A DNA stretch of 64,000 nucleotides, taken from positions 71,211-135,210 of the forward strand of contig CAJTLP010000002.1 in NCBI GenBank assembly GCA_910577195.1, written 5' to 3'. Both the position numbers and the translations under genes were made by a program. Below, one piece after another: positions 1-9,418 of this stretch. The stretch is from an uncultured Eubacterium sp. (GTDB taxonomy: Bacteria; Bacillota; Clostridia; Oscillospirales; Acutalibacteraceae). Positions within the stretch are counted from its first letter, which is position 1, and each line of letters starts with the position of its first letter. The notes under the pieces were generated by a model that ran no database searches, was not told where the DNA came from, and was given only the letters and a program-made list of their open reading frames with translations.

Positions 1-173
1 TTTTTTACGCAACGGATTTAGCCTTCGGTGAGCAGGAGCTTGACGAAGATGAATATCTTGAGGTAATCAAAATGCCGTTTGGTGAATGTGTTGCAAAAAT
101 TATGAGCGGTGAAATCAAAGACGCGAAAACAATTGTAGGAATATTAAAGCTTAAGGAATTAATGAAATTATGA
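1..173 (+). CDS. NUDIX hydrolase (ADP-ribose pyrophosphatase NudF-like), C-terminal part, truncated by window start
   Basis: Frame from nt 3 reads FYATDLAFGEQELDEDEYLEVIKMPFGECVAKIMSGEIKDAKTIVGILK..., typical NudF C-terminus (LDEDE, EIKDAKT). Stop TGA 171-173 overlaps the next ATG (ATGA). Confidence 0.8.
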   Translation, partial: FYATDLAFGEQELDEDEYLEVIKMPFGECVAKIMSGEIKDAKTIVGILKLKELMKL

Positions 174-1324
174 CAGCCTATCTTGACAATTCAGCAACAA
201 CAAAGCCGTGTGAAGAATGCATAAACGCTGTTACAAATATGCTGGAAAACAACTGGGGCAACCCTTCAAGCCTGCACAATCTCGGCATTGATGCAATGAA
301 AGAGGTTATACTTGCAAGAGATGAAATTGCTCAGTCACTGGGTGCAAACAGAGAGGAAATTGTTTTCACCTCAGGCGGAACGGAGGCAAACAATCTTGCT
401 CTTTTCGGAGCAGTAAAGGCAAGGAAAAGACTTGGCAGCAGAATTGTTACAACGGCAATTGAGCACGAAAGTGTACTGCAATCTGCACAGGAGCTTGAAA
501 AACAGGGCTTTGAGGTTGTTTATCTTCAGCCTGACAGAGACGGAAACATTTCAAAAAAACAGCTTTTTAATGCTGTGAATAAAGATACAATCCTTGTCTC
601 GATGATGTATATAAATAATGAGGTCGGCACAATTATGCCTGTCGAGGCTATAAAGCGTGCAGTTAAAAAGGCTGAGTCGCCTGCTCTGATACACATCGAC
701 TGCGTACAGGCTTACGGAAAAATCCCAATCCATGCTAAAAAGCTCGGTGCTGATTTAATCACTGTATCTGCACACAAAATTCACGGTCCTAAGGGCATCG
801 GTGCTCTTTATATCAATAAAGACGCCAATCTAACAAATCAGAATTTTGCGAGAACCTTCGGCGGTGAGCAGGAAAAGAAAATACGTCCCGGCACGGAGAG
901 TGCTCCGCTTATTGCAGGCTTTGGTGCTGCGGTACAGGCATTAACACCGACTGCAGAACAGAAAAGATATGTCCGTGAGCTCAACGGCTATGCACGTGAA
1001 CAGCTCGGCAAAATAAACGGAATTCAATTCAATAACGGTGAAGATGCTTCGCCGTACATCATAAATATATATATACCAACCTTTATGCGCAGCCAGACGA
1101 TTCTGCAGGAGCTTTCTTCCAATTATGGTATATATGTAAGCAATGGTTCCGCCTGCGCAAAGGGGGAAAAAAGTCACGTGCTTACAGCTATGGGGCTTGA
1201 CAATGAGACACTCGACAAGAGCATTAGAATCAGCTTTTGCCGATATAATACTAAGGAAGAAATTGATTTACTGGCAAATGCCTTAAGAGAACTTATAGAA
1301 AAACACCCTTTGGAGAAGATATGA
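170..1324 (+). CDS. Cysteine desulfurase (NifS/IscS family, ThiI-associated)
   Basis: YLDNSATT, FTSGGTEANN, SAHKIHGPKG (PLP Lys), SNGSAC (catalytic Cys); coupled to thiI. Confidence 0.93.
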   Translation: MTAYLDNSATTKPCEECINAVTNMLENNWGNPSSLHNLGIDAMKEVILARDEIAQSLGANREEIVFTSGGTEANNLALFGAVKARKRLGSRIVTTAIEHESVLQSAQELEKQGFEVVYLQPDRDGNISKKQLFNAVNKDTILVSMMYINNEVGTIMPVEAIKRAVKKAESPALIHIDCVQAYGKIPIHAKKLGADLITVSAHKIHGPKGIGALYINKDANLTNQNFARTFGGEQEKKIRPGTESAPLIAGFGAAVQALTPTAEQKRYVRELNGYAREQLGKINGIQFNNGEDASPYIINIYIPTFMRSQTILQELSSNYGIYVSNGSACAKGEKSHVLTAMGLDNETLDKSIRISFCRYNTKEEIDLLANALRELIEKHPLEKI

Positions 1325-2493
1325 AAGAGATAATACTGATTAAAAACGGTGAGCTTACCCTGAAAGGACTGAACAGAAATTCCTTTGAGGATATCCTCAT
1401 CAAGAATATGAAAAAACGCCTGAATGACTTAGGCAGATTTGAATTCACAAAAAGCCAGTCAACGATAATGGTCGACCCTGTTGACGAGGACATTGACCTT
1501 GACGACGCAGCTGACAGACTTTCAAAGGTTTTCGGCATTGCTGCACTCTCACGTGCCTGCGTATGCGAAAAGGACTTTGACAGTATAAGGGAAACTGCAA
1601 TCCAATATCTTGAGGAGCAGCTTGAGGACGCCAAAACCTTTAAGGTTGAGGCAAAGCGCTCGGACAAAAAATTCCCGATGAAATCCCCTGAAATCTGCAG
1701 AGAAACAGGCGGATACATCCTTTCAAAATTCCATCATCTTAAGGTTGATGTGCACAACCCTGATATGATTGTAACTGTTGAGGTGCGTGACAAATATGCC
1801 TTTGTACGCGGTAACAATATCAAGGGTGCAGGCGGTATGCCGACAGGCACAAGCGGCAGAGCAGGAATACTCATCAGTGGCGGTATTGACTCCCCTGTTG
1901 CAGCGTATATGATGGCAAAACGCGGTATTGAGTTGTGTGCAATTCACTTTGCGTCACCGCCATACACCTCAGAGCTTGCCGAAATGAAGGTTATGGAGCT
2001 GCTCAAAAGAGTCGCAAAATACGCAGGAACAATAACGACCTATGTTGTGCCGTTCACAAAAATTCAGGAAGCAATCCGTGATCTCTGTCCTGAGGAATAT
2101 TTCACGATTATTATGAGACGCATTATGATGATGATTGCCGAAAAAATGGCTGTTAAGCAGAATTGCAGTGCACTCATCACCGGTGAAAGCGTAGGACAGG
2201 TAGCAAGCCAGACAATGTACGCACTTGCCTGCACAGACTGTGCCGTGAACATGCCTGTATTCAGGCCCTGTATTGGTATGGACAAGGAGGAAATCATCAG
2301 TATTTCAAGAAAAATTGATACCTTTGAAACCTCCATTCAGCCATACGAGGACTGCTGCACCGTATTCACTCCGAAGCATCCGAAAACAAGACCTCATCTT
2401 GATGATGTTCTTGCGGCGGAAAATAAAATAGATAATCTTGACGAACTTATGGCAGATGCCATAAATCATGCGAAAAAGGTGATTATAAGATAA
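1321..2493 (+). CDS. thiI: tRNA 4-thiouridine synthase ThiI
   Basis: GELTLKGLNR N-terminus, THUMP region, SGGIDSPVA PP-loop, TGESVGQVASQT, PYEDCC. Confidence 0.95.
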   Translation: MKEIILIKNGELTLKGLNRNSFEDILIKNMKKRLNDLGRFEFTKSQSTIMVDPVDEDIDLDDAADRLSKVFGIAALSRACVCEKDFDSIRETAIQYLEEQLEDAKTFKVEAKRSDKKFPMKSPEICRETGGYILSKFHHLKVDVHNPDMIVTVEVRDKYAFVRGNNIKGAGGMPTGTSGRAGILISGGIDSPVAAYMMAKRGIELCAIHFASPPYTSELAEMKVMELLKRVAKYAGTITTYVVPFTKIQEAIRDLCPEEYFTIIMRRIMMMIAEKMAVKQNCSALITGESVGQVASQTMYALACTDCAVNMPVFRPCIGMDKEEIISISRKIDTFETSIQPYEDCCTVFTPKHPKTRPHLDDVLAAENKIDNLDELMADAINHAKKVIIR

Positions 2494-3626
2494 TGAGCGA
2501 AGAAAAGGACGATATCGGCAAAATCCTTTCTGATTTTAAAACACAGAAGGAACAACGCGAAACACCGATTGAACCATTAGAGCCCCCTAAACGCAGAGAA
2601 AATTATATTGACTTTGCAAAATCAGACGATGAAGACACTGCTGAAAAACAGCCTAAAAGGAAAAAAGAGCCGAAGCCGAAAAAAACACCTGAAGAGCTGG
2701 AGGCAATAAGAGCAGCAAAAAAAGAAAAGCGTGACAGACAGAAGGAAAAAAGCAAGACTGTTTTAGCAAAAATAAAAAAGGCTGTATTCAACAAAAAGGT
2801 GCTTATTGCTTTAGCGGCAATCATCGCATTAATCGGAATCATATTCGGCGTATTATATGCTATTGAGCAGTCAAAGGGAGCTTATCTTAAACCATACGAA
2901 AAGAAATACCCTGACGTTGAATTCCAGGTAGGTATGCTTGAAAAATACTGCGATATGCTTGGTGAAAATCCGGACACAGCAGGCTATCTTGAAATACCTG
3001 ATATTGAGCTGAAAACAGCCGTAAGTAGCGACAGTACAAAATTCCCCTATGCAGAAAAATGCACAGAGGGTGCAGAGCAGTTCAACTATGTTGTATACCT
3101 GAACGACAACAGCCTTGAAAATCTTTATTCAAGTGCAAATGCGTATAACAATTCCACAGGATGTATAAACTACTCAAATCTTTTTGAGGATTACACCTTC
3201 AAAGTAGCAGGTGCTTTTTACACCAATACTAAGGCTGAGGACGACGACGGATATATCTTTCCATATAATGTCACTGAAAAAATGACCGTTAAATCGGCAA
3301 ATGATTATGCGTCAAAGCTCACGAGCAGATTCCTGTACGATACAGGTATAAATGTGACAAGGCAGGACACCGTGCTCACAATCTCCTGTCCGACAGATTA
3401 CAGAAAAAATTTCCGTTTTGTTGTGGTTGCGGTACTGCGTGATGATACCGAAACAAAGGCAAAAGCCAATGAAAAGGACAACATCAACTATCCTAAGGTG
3501 ATATTTGACGAACTGAAAAAGGATGACCCCTATAAATTCGCAACAAAATGGTACCCTGAAATTATCATTACCGACAGCGAAGGCAATGAAAAAGCAATCC
3601 AGAAATCAATAGATGATTATAAATAA
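2493..3626 (+). CDS. Membrane-anchored class B sortase-like protein with degenerate active site
   Basis: Lys-rich N-terminus, single TM helix, then NPDTAGYLEIP ... DTVLTISCPT ... FRFVVVA resembling SrtB; the usual IYGH His motif reads VVYLN. Confidence 0.6.
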   Translation: MSEEKDDIGKILSDFKTQKEQRETPIEPLEPPKRRENYIDFAKSDDEDTAEKQPKRKKEPKPKKTPEELEAIRAAKKEKRDRQKEKSKTVLAKIKKAVFNKKVLIALAAIIALIGIIFGVLYAIEQSKGAYLKPYEKKYPDVEFQVGMLEKYCDMLGENPDTAGYLEIPDIELKTAVSSDSTKFPYAEKCTEGAEQFNYVVYLNDNSLENLYSSANAYNNSTGCINYSNLFEDYTFKVAGAFYTNTKAEDDDGYIFPYNVTEKMTVKSANDYASKLTSRFLYDTGINVTRQDTVLTISCPTDYRKNFRFVVVAVLRDDTETKAKANEKDNINYPKVIFDELKKDDPYKFATKWYPEIIITDSEGNEKAIQKSIDDYK

Positions 3627-3629
3627 AGC

Positions 3630-3661
3630 AACGCCTATTGGAGCAATCCAATAGGCGTTTT
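3630..3661 (+). terminator. Intrinsic terminator after nifS-thiI-sortase-like operon
   Basis: aacgcctattgga-gcaa-tccaataggcgtt followed by a T run. Confidence 0.75.
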
Positions 3662-3682
3662 CAGTAGGTAAAAATAAATTAT

Positions 3683-3919
3683 TGTTTAGAGAACGATAAA
3701 TTACCCAAAACCACGCACGAAAATATATAAAAATTAATTAAATAAATAATGTTATTCTGTAGGGCAGGGGCTTGCTCCTGCCGATAAACTGAAAATACTC
3801 GCAGACATCGAGTCTGCTCGTATTTTGTGCGTTTTTTGTCTTTTGCTCAGGGGCAGTACCATCGTACAGCACCCATTCGCAAAATACAAAATTTTGGGCA
3901 ATTTCTCGCCCTCTAAACA
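3683..3919. mobile_element. MITE-like element (~237 bp) with imperfect terminal inverted repeats and an internal GTAG-REP hairpin
   Basis: Left end 3683-3710 tgtttagagaacgataaattacccaaaa; right end 3892-3919 reverse-complements to tgtttagagggcgagaaattgcccaaaa (4 mismatches in 28). Internal GTAG-ggcaggggc-tt-gctcctgcc at 3759-3784. Left part recurs at 46880-46978. Confidence 0.6.
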
Positions 3920-3959
3920 CGTTATCTGCTCACAATGCGTTATTGTACTAAACAATAAT

Positions 3960-4685
3960 TTATAATCGCAGTAACTTCTTTGCATTATTATAAAACACAT
4001 CCTCCTGCGCCTTTTCGTCAAGACCGCAGGTAAGCACCTTTTGTATTTCAACAGTCGGATGATGAAACGGTGAATCAATACCGAACAAAATTCTGTCCTT
4101 TCCGACCGTTTCATAAGCTTCTTTAATTTTGCAGCCCATTGGCATACCGCTCATTTCAAGATAAAGATTATCATAACGCTTTGCCATTTTAATTGACGCA
4201 TCAATATAAACGCCGTGTCCGTGTCCCATATGAATCATAGTAACCCTTACATCAGGATACTTTTCTGCAAGCAGAGCAATACTCCAGGGAAGTGAATACG
4301 GTGGGTGACCGCAGTGAATAAACACCGGCACATCATATGCTCTGGCAAAATCCATAACAGGATACACAACAGGATCATCTGCCACAAAGGAATCAAAGAG
4401 CGGCTGCATTTTTATACCTGCAAAATTTTCCTTATTGATATACCTATCAAGCTTTTTGGAAACATCGTCAAGCAGCGGATTGACCCACACAAAGGGTACA
4501 ATTTTATCAGGATAAGACTGGAATGCATCTATTACCGCATCATTGCCCTGAAAGGAAGAGCCTGTTAAAAAGGTCTTTTCGATATCATATTCCTCCATCT
4601 GCTGAACAAGTCTGTCTTTCGTAAAGGCAACACCGGCCCAACCGCCGAAGTCGCCAATATGTGAATGTGCATCTATTTTTTTCAT
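3960..4685 (-). CDS. Amidohydrolase_2 family metal-dependent hydrolase
   Basis: IDAHSH, FIHCGH, IHMGH, FGIDSPF motifs. Start reassigned to ATG 4685 behind AGGAG RBS. Confidence 0.85.
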   Translation of the reverse strand: MKKIDAHSHIGDFGGWAGVAFTKDRLVQQMEEYDIEKTFLTGSSFQGNDAVIDAFQSYPDKIVPFVWVNPLLDDVSKKLDRYINKENFAGIKMQPLFDSFVADDPVVYPVMDFARAYDVPVFIHCGHPPYSLPWSIALLAEKYPDVRVTMIHMGHGHGVYIDASIKMAKRYDNLYLEMSGMPMGCKIKEAYETVGKDRILFGIDSPFHHPTVEIQKVLTCGLDEKAQEDVFYNNAKKLLRL

Positions 4686-4698
4686 TTTACAGTTTCTC

Positions 4699-5232
4699 CT
4701 ATTCTGCCATTTTTCTGAGTTTTTCAGTGACCTTTGTTTTATCAAAGATCACAATAAATACCAGTGCCACAGCTATACCGACAACAGTCTGAATAACCAG
4801 CTCAGGCAAGGTGGTCAGGGCATAAGCCTTATCATACATTACAAGCTTCGTAACCGTATAACCGACAATCTGAAAAACACCGCCGAGAATTGCACCCACA
4901 ACAAAGCCTGCAATTTTATTTTTTATAAGCTTTTCTGCAAACACACCGCAAATCAGCACCATAATCAGTTTTATAAAAAATGTCGGAGCAATCCACGCGG
5001 CATAACCGCCTATCAAATCTGCAAGTGCAGCACCTATACCTGCTGCAAGGCTGGATTTTTTTGAGCCGAGCAGTGCAATAGACAAAAAGATTATACTGTC
5101 ACCAAGATGTGTATAGCCTGTACCCAAAGGGATTTTGAAGGTAAATGTAAACACAAAAATCAGTGCCGCCATAATTGCGGTAAAGCAGATTGCTCTTACG
5201 CTCACATTCCTTTTCACTTTTTGATTTTCCAT
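4699..5232 (-). CDS. ECF transporter S component (substrate uncertain)
   Basis: 177 aa, hydrophobic; AIMAAL (AxxxA), GYTHLGD, GIGAALADLIGGY typical of S components. Confidence 0.85.
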   Translation of the reverse strand: MENQKVKRNVSVRAICFTAIMAALIFVFTFTFKIPLGTGYTHLGDSIIFLSIALLGSKKSSLAAGIGAALADLIGGYAAWIAPTFFIKLIMVLICGVFAEKLIKNKIAGFVVGAILGGVFQIVGYTVTKLVMYDKAYALTTLPELVIQTVVGIAVALVFIVIFDKTKVTEKLRKMAE

Positions 5233-5393
5233 ATACAGTCCTCCTTTTTTCTAAATGTTACCACCTCGTTGTATTCTAATCAATGCACAATTTTAACTAT
5301 TTTTTAGTATACAGATTAAAGGCAAAAAAGAACAGCCAATAAAACGCCCCAAGCCGAGCTGTTTTATTAGCTGTTTTTGAAATTCCAAAATCA

Positions 5394-6062
5394 CTATACA
5401 TCGTTTGAATTTGCATAAATTTTATGCATACGGTCATCATCAAAATGGCTGTCAAGGAAAATCTCGAAATGATTTGAGGGCGGTTCACCCTCTGCTCTTG
5501 CATCCATTCTCAGTGCCGCTGACGCTGACATAAAGGAATCGAATACAAAAAATACAACAAATGCCCAAGTTAATACAGCACCCAAATTTATCGGTATCTT
5601 TTCAATGACACCGGACATCATAGGATACAATATTTTTATCCAGAGTATTCCAAGCACACCCCAGAATAATGAATACAATAAGCATACTCTGCCGTTTATA
5701 TTCAGAGGAACATTGCTGTAATCCCATGCTACAGAGCCGAAAACAATTTCCTTTCCTAAGGAGCATATATACTCTGTCACTGTTCCGACTAAAAACGAGG
5801 TCAGAAATATTTTCCATAGACTCGCATCTCTTAATTTATAAAGCACCAGCGTCAATATAACGCCGCCCATACCGTACGCAACGGACAGCGGACCGTAAAC
5901 AAGCGATTTCCTGGATTCAATATATCCGTGACGGATAAAGCACCATATCGTTTCCACGATAAACCCTGTGACACAGCATATTAAAAAAATCCATACAATT
6001 TTTTCAAAGCATATACCGTCGGCAAATTTATTTTTTTCTTTATTCTGTACACTGTTTTTCAC
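5394..6062 (-). CDS. Putative ABC transporter permease (CmpB/DUF-type membrane protein)
   Basis: GFIVET, GPLSVAYGMG, TEY, WDYSNVPLNINGRVCL motifs of this family. Confidence 0.75.
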   Translation of the reverse strand: MKNSVQNKEKNKFADGICFEKIVWIFLICCVTGFIVETIWCFIRHGYIESRKSLVYGPLSVAYGMGGVILTLVLYKLRDASLWKIFLTSFLVGTVTEYICSLGKEIVFGSVAWDYSNVPLNINGRVCLLYSLFWGVLGILWIKILYPMMSGVIEKIPINLGAVLTWAFVVFFVFDSFMSASAALRMDARAEGEPPSNHFEIFLDSHFDDDRMHKIYANSNDV

Positions 6063-6171
6063 CTTTCATCACCAAAATCAGTATATCACAAAAATAGACA
6101 TCTGTTTATAAACTTTTTATAAAAAATAAAGAGACATTGAAATCAATCAATGTCTCTTATCCTGTATTATC

Positions 6172-7029
6172 TTATTTTGTCTCAGGCGGCTGATAATCAA
6201 AGTTTGACGCATTGTAGCCAAAGAACTCTTCAACAATCGGAGTAAACTCATCTGCATCATTGTACTCAGGGCTCTTCAGCTCATAAATAGCTTCGTTGAA
6301 CGCCTCATCATACCAATCCCACTTTTTAAAGGCATAAACGTAGCTGATTGTGTCAAGCTCACTGTCAAGCACCTTGAAATCATCCTTACCCTCAGCAACA
6401 TTAAAATGGAATTCATCAATTACAAGGGCATCAATTTTTCCTGCCTTAAGGTCGGCAAGAGCACTTGCAGTATCCGGATATTCAGTAACGTTTTTCATAC
6501 CGTTTTTAATCGCAGAATTTTTATCAAGAGCAGCCTTTGCAGTATCGGAAACCACACCGGCATTAACACCGTTAAGGTCAGCATAAGTATCAATACTGCT
6601 GCCCTTTGCAGTTACAGTGATAATTCTGTTATCAATAATATCCTTTGTAAAGGTATGATCCTTATTGAAAGAGCCTGTATTCTTGGAAATACCGCCGACC
6701 ATAACATAAGCAATATATTCATTGCCGTCACCGTCGGTATAAGCAGCATCCTCGCCGATTCTGTAATCCTTGTCAACCTGAACAAATTTATAATTTTTAT
6801 AATCATTCTTTACGTCATCAAATATCTTTTCAATGATTTTCACGTCAAAGCCGGTGAGCTGACCCTTTTCATCTGTATAAATAAAAGGCTTATTCTCCTC
6901 CGTATAGGCAACAAGCAGTGTTTCGTCAGTAATCTCATCAGCCGGACCTGAAGATGAACAGCCTGCAAAGCAAAGCACCACAAAAACGGCTGAAAGAACA
7001 ACTGCAACCATCCTTTTCATTTTTTCCAT
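6172..7029 (-). CDS. Amino-acid ABC transporter substrate-binding lipoprotein (SBP family 3), orphan
   Basis: Lipobox FAGC, KPFIY...LTGFDV, DLKAGKIDALVID. Start reassigned to ATG 7029 after GGAGG. Confidence 0.8.
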   Translation of the reverse strand: MEKMKRMVAVVLSAVFVVLCFAGCSSSGPADEITDETLLVAYTEENKPFIYTDEKGQLTGFDVKIIEKIFDDVKNDYKNYKFVQVDKDYRIGEDAAYTDGDGNEYIAYVMVGGISKNTGSFNKDHTFTKDIIDNRIITVTAKGSSIDTYADLNGVNAGVVSDTAKAALDKNSAIKNGMKNVTEYPDTASALADLKAGKIDALVIDEFHFNVAEGKDDFKVLDSELDTISYVYAFKKWDWYDEAFNEAIYELKSPEYNDADEFTPIVEEFFGYNASNFDYQPPETK

Positions 7030-7148
7030 TATGGTATATCCTCCCTTTCGGATACTTAAATATAACATAATTTTATAATATAATAAACTTAAAGTCAATA
7101 GGCAGTTGGCACTTGACAACGAATTGAAATAGGATTACCCTTGTATCT

Positions 7149-7829
7149 ATGAAATATAATAATATAACACAGGGTCTTTTCATCAGCAGACCAAACAGAT
7201 TTATTGCAAAAGTAAATATTGACGGAGAAGAACAAACTGTTCACGTAAAAAACACAGGCAGGTGCAGAGAACTGCTGAAAGAAAATGCTGTTGTATTTTT
7301 GGAGAAAAGCAGCAATCCGAACAGAAAAACGCAGTACGATTTAATCTCTGTTTACAAGGGTGATATGCTTATAAATATGGACTCGCAAAGTCCGAACAAG
7401 GTTGTTGGCGAATGGCTTGCTGAAGGCGGATTCCTGAAAAATCCCACTCTGATTAAGCCTGAAGCTGCCTATGGAAATTCACGTCTTGATTTCTATCTGG
7501 AAAACGAAAATGAAAAAGCGTACCTTGAGGTAAAAGGCGTAACCTTAGAGGTTGACGGCATAGCGCGATTCCCTGACGCGCCTACTGAAAGAGGAAGAAA
7601 GCACCTCAGTGAACTGATAAAGGCAAAACAGAACGGTTATCGCACGGCTGCTGTTTTTGTAATTCAGATGAAGGGGTGTAAACGGTTTGAGCCGAATGAT
7701 AAGACCGACCCTGCTTTTGCACAGGAACTTAAGCGAGCTGCAGAAAACGGTGTTGAAATCATTGCTCTTGACTGCAGGGTAACGCGGAACAGTATTAAGA
7801 TTGACAAGGAAATTGAGATAAGTGTTTAA
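7149..7829 (+). CDS. sfsA: DNA/RNA nuclease SfsA
   Basis: RPNRF, HVKNTGRCRELL, SRLDF, EVKGVTL, FPDAPTERGRKHL. Confidence 0.93.
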   Translation: MKYNNITQGLFISRPNRFIAKVNIDGEEQTVHVKNTGRCRELLKENAVVFLEKSSNPNRKTQYDLISVYKGDMLINMDSQSPNKVVGEWLAEGGFLKNPTLIKPEAAYGNSRLDFYLENENEKAYLEVKGVTLEVDGIARFPDAPTERGRKHLSELIKAKQNGYRTAAVFVIQMKGCKRFEPNDKTDPAFAQELKRAAENGVEIIALDCRVTRNSIKIDKEIEISV

Positions 7830-7835
7830 CAGCGA

Positions 7836-7864
7836 TTGACAAATTTTCAATTGAAGAGTAATAT
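7836..7864 (+). promoter_or_regulatory. SigA-type promoter upstream of ilvA
   Basis: TTGACA (7836-7841), 17 bp spacer, TAATAT (7859-7864). Confidence 0.65.
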
Positions 7865-7867
7865 ATT

Positions 7868-8146
7868 TAGGCAATAGAGAGAAATCCAAACCTGCCCAAA
7901 ATGCAGAATTAAAGCGAATTTATGAAGTTTTCGCTGTTGCCTTGCGTCAGCAAGGCTGCCATCTCAAAAATCAAAATTCATCTTTACTTCAAACGTTTTG
8001 GGTCTGCGAGTTTAAATTGGGCCTATTTGTTCTTAATCAAGGCGCAAAAACGCAGGAATACTTTTTTGTATTCAGAGTATTTTTAACACAGAGTAAGGGC
8101 AAAGAGAACAATTTAAACCAGAGTTCGGATTACTCTTTATCGCCTA
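7868..8146. mobile_element. TA-bounded MITE-like structured element (~279 bp) in the ilvA leader
   Basis: 7868-7891 taggcaatagagagaaatccaaac vs reverse complement of 8123-8146 taggcgataaagagtaatccgaac (20/24). Two long internal hairpins (cccaaaatg..cgttttggg; gtttaaattg..caatttaaac). Confidence 0.55.
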
Positions 8147-8187
8147 GGCAATAAAGAATAATCAGTAAAGTAACAGAGGCAAACAAT

Positions 8188-9387
8188 ATGTTAACATTAG
8201 ACAGAGTTTATAAAGCAAAAAGAGTTCTTTCAGAGGTTGTGAGAGAAACAGATATGATTCTTTCTAAAAATCTTTGTCCGAACTCTAATATCTATCTTAA
8301 AACAGAAAATTTACAGATAACCGGTTCCTTTAAGGTAAGAGGCTCTTATTTTAAAATCAGCCAGCTTTCCGATGAAGAAAAAGCAAAGGGTGTTATCGCC
8401 TGCTCAGCAGGAAATCACGCACAGGGTGTTGCCCTTGCTGCAACCAAGAACGGCATCAAATCACTCATCTGTCTTCCTGACGGCGCACCAATCAGCAAGG
8501 TTGAGGCAACAAAGCGTTACGGTGCTGAGGTATGTATGGTCAAGGGTGTATATGATGATGCATACAAAAAGGCACTGGAGCTCAAGGATGAAAAAGGCTA
8601 TGCCTTTATTCACCCATTTGATGATCCTGATGTAATTGCAGGTCAGGGCACAATCGGACTTGAAATTCTTGATCAGCTTCCTGATGCAGATGCAGTTGTT
8701 GTGCCAATCGGCGGCGGCGGACTGATTGCCGGTGTGGCTTACACAATCAAGCAGATTAATCCTAACTGCAAGGTTTACGGTGTTCAGGCCTGCGGCGCAC
8801 CGTCAATGGAAAAGTCCGTAAGTGACGGCAAAATCGAAACACTTGAAAAGGTGCAGACCATTGCAGACGGTATCGCAGTAAAGACACCCGGCAACCTTAC
8901 CTTTGACCTGGTTAACAAATATGTTGACGGCATTTACACCGTAAGTGATGATGAAATTGCACTTGCGATTTTAACCCTTATGGAGCAGGAAAAGCTCATT
9001 GCCGAAGGCGCAGGTGCTGTACCTGTTGCAGCAGTTATGAACGGCAAAATCCCTGACATTGAGGGCAAAAAGGTTTGCTGCCTTGTATCAGGCGGCAACA
9101 TTGATGTAACAATCCTTTCACGTGTTATTGAACGCGGACTGAAAATGGGAGGAAGAACAGCAAACATCACAATTGCTCTTTCAGACAAACCGGGCCAGCT
9201 TATGGGCGTAAGCCAGATTATTGCACAGCTGGGTGCCAATGTAGTATCTGTTAATTACGACAGCACAGACCTTGATATGAACATCACGGACTGCTATCTG
9301 AATATCGGCGTTGAAACAAGAGATTATCAGCACATTGCTCAGGTTAAGCAGGCTCTTAAGGATGCCGGCTTTGAGGTAATTGATTAA
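8188..9387 (+). CDS. ilvA: Threonine ammonia-lyase with C-terminal ACT domain
   Basis: KTENLQITGSFKVRG, SAGNHAQG, PIGGGGL, SGGNID, ACT DKPGQL. Confidence 0.93.
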   Translation: MLTLDRVYKAKRVLSEVVRETDMILSKNLCPNSNIYLKTENLQITGSFKVRGSYFKISQLSDEEKAKGVIACSAGNHAQGVALAATKNGIKSLICLPDGAPISKVEATKRYGAEVCMVKGVYDDAYKKALELKDEKGYAFIHPFDDPDVIAGQGTIGLEILDQLPDADAVVVPIGGGGLIAGVAYTIKQINPNCKVYGVQACGAPSMEKSVSDGKIETLEKVQTIADGIAVKTPGNLTFDLVNKYVDGIYTVSDDEIALAILTLMEQEKLIAEGAGAVPVAAVMNGKIPDIEGKKVCCLVSGGNIDVTILSRVIERGLKMGGRTANITIALSDKPGQLMGVSQIIAQLGANVVSVNYDSTDLDMNITDCYLNIGVETRDYQHIAQVKQALKDAGFEVID

Positions 9388-9418
9388 TAAATAATAACCA
9401 CATAAAGGAGATTTTACT

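Noticed and set aside
7942..8154. 70-aa ORF upstream of ilvA as a leader peptide
   Set aside because: TTG start without RBS, lies within the inverted-repeat element and has no Thr/Ile codon run.
7868..8187. T-box riboswitch or 6S RNA upstream of ilvA
   Set aside because: No GGTGGNACC T-box motif or terminator/antiterminator pair; the two-arm layout with TIRs does not fit the single 6S rod.
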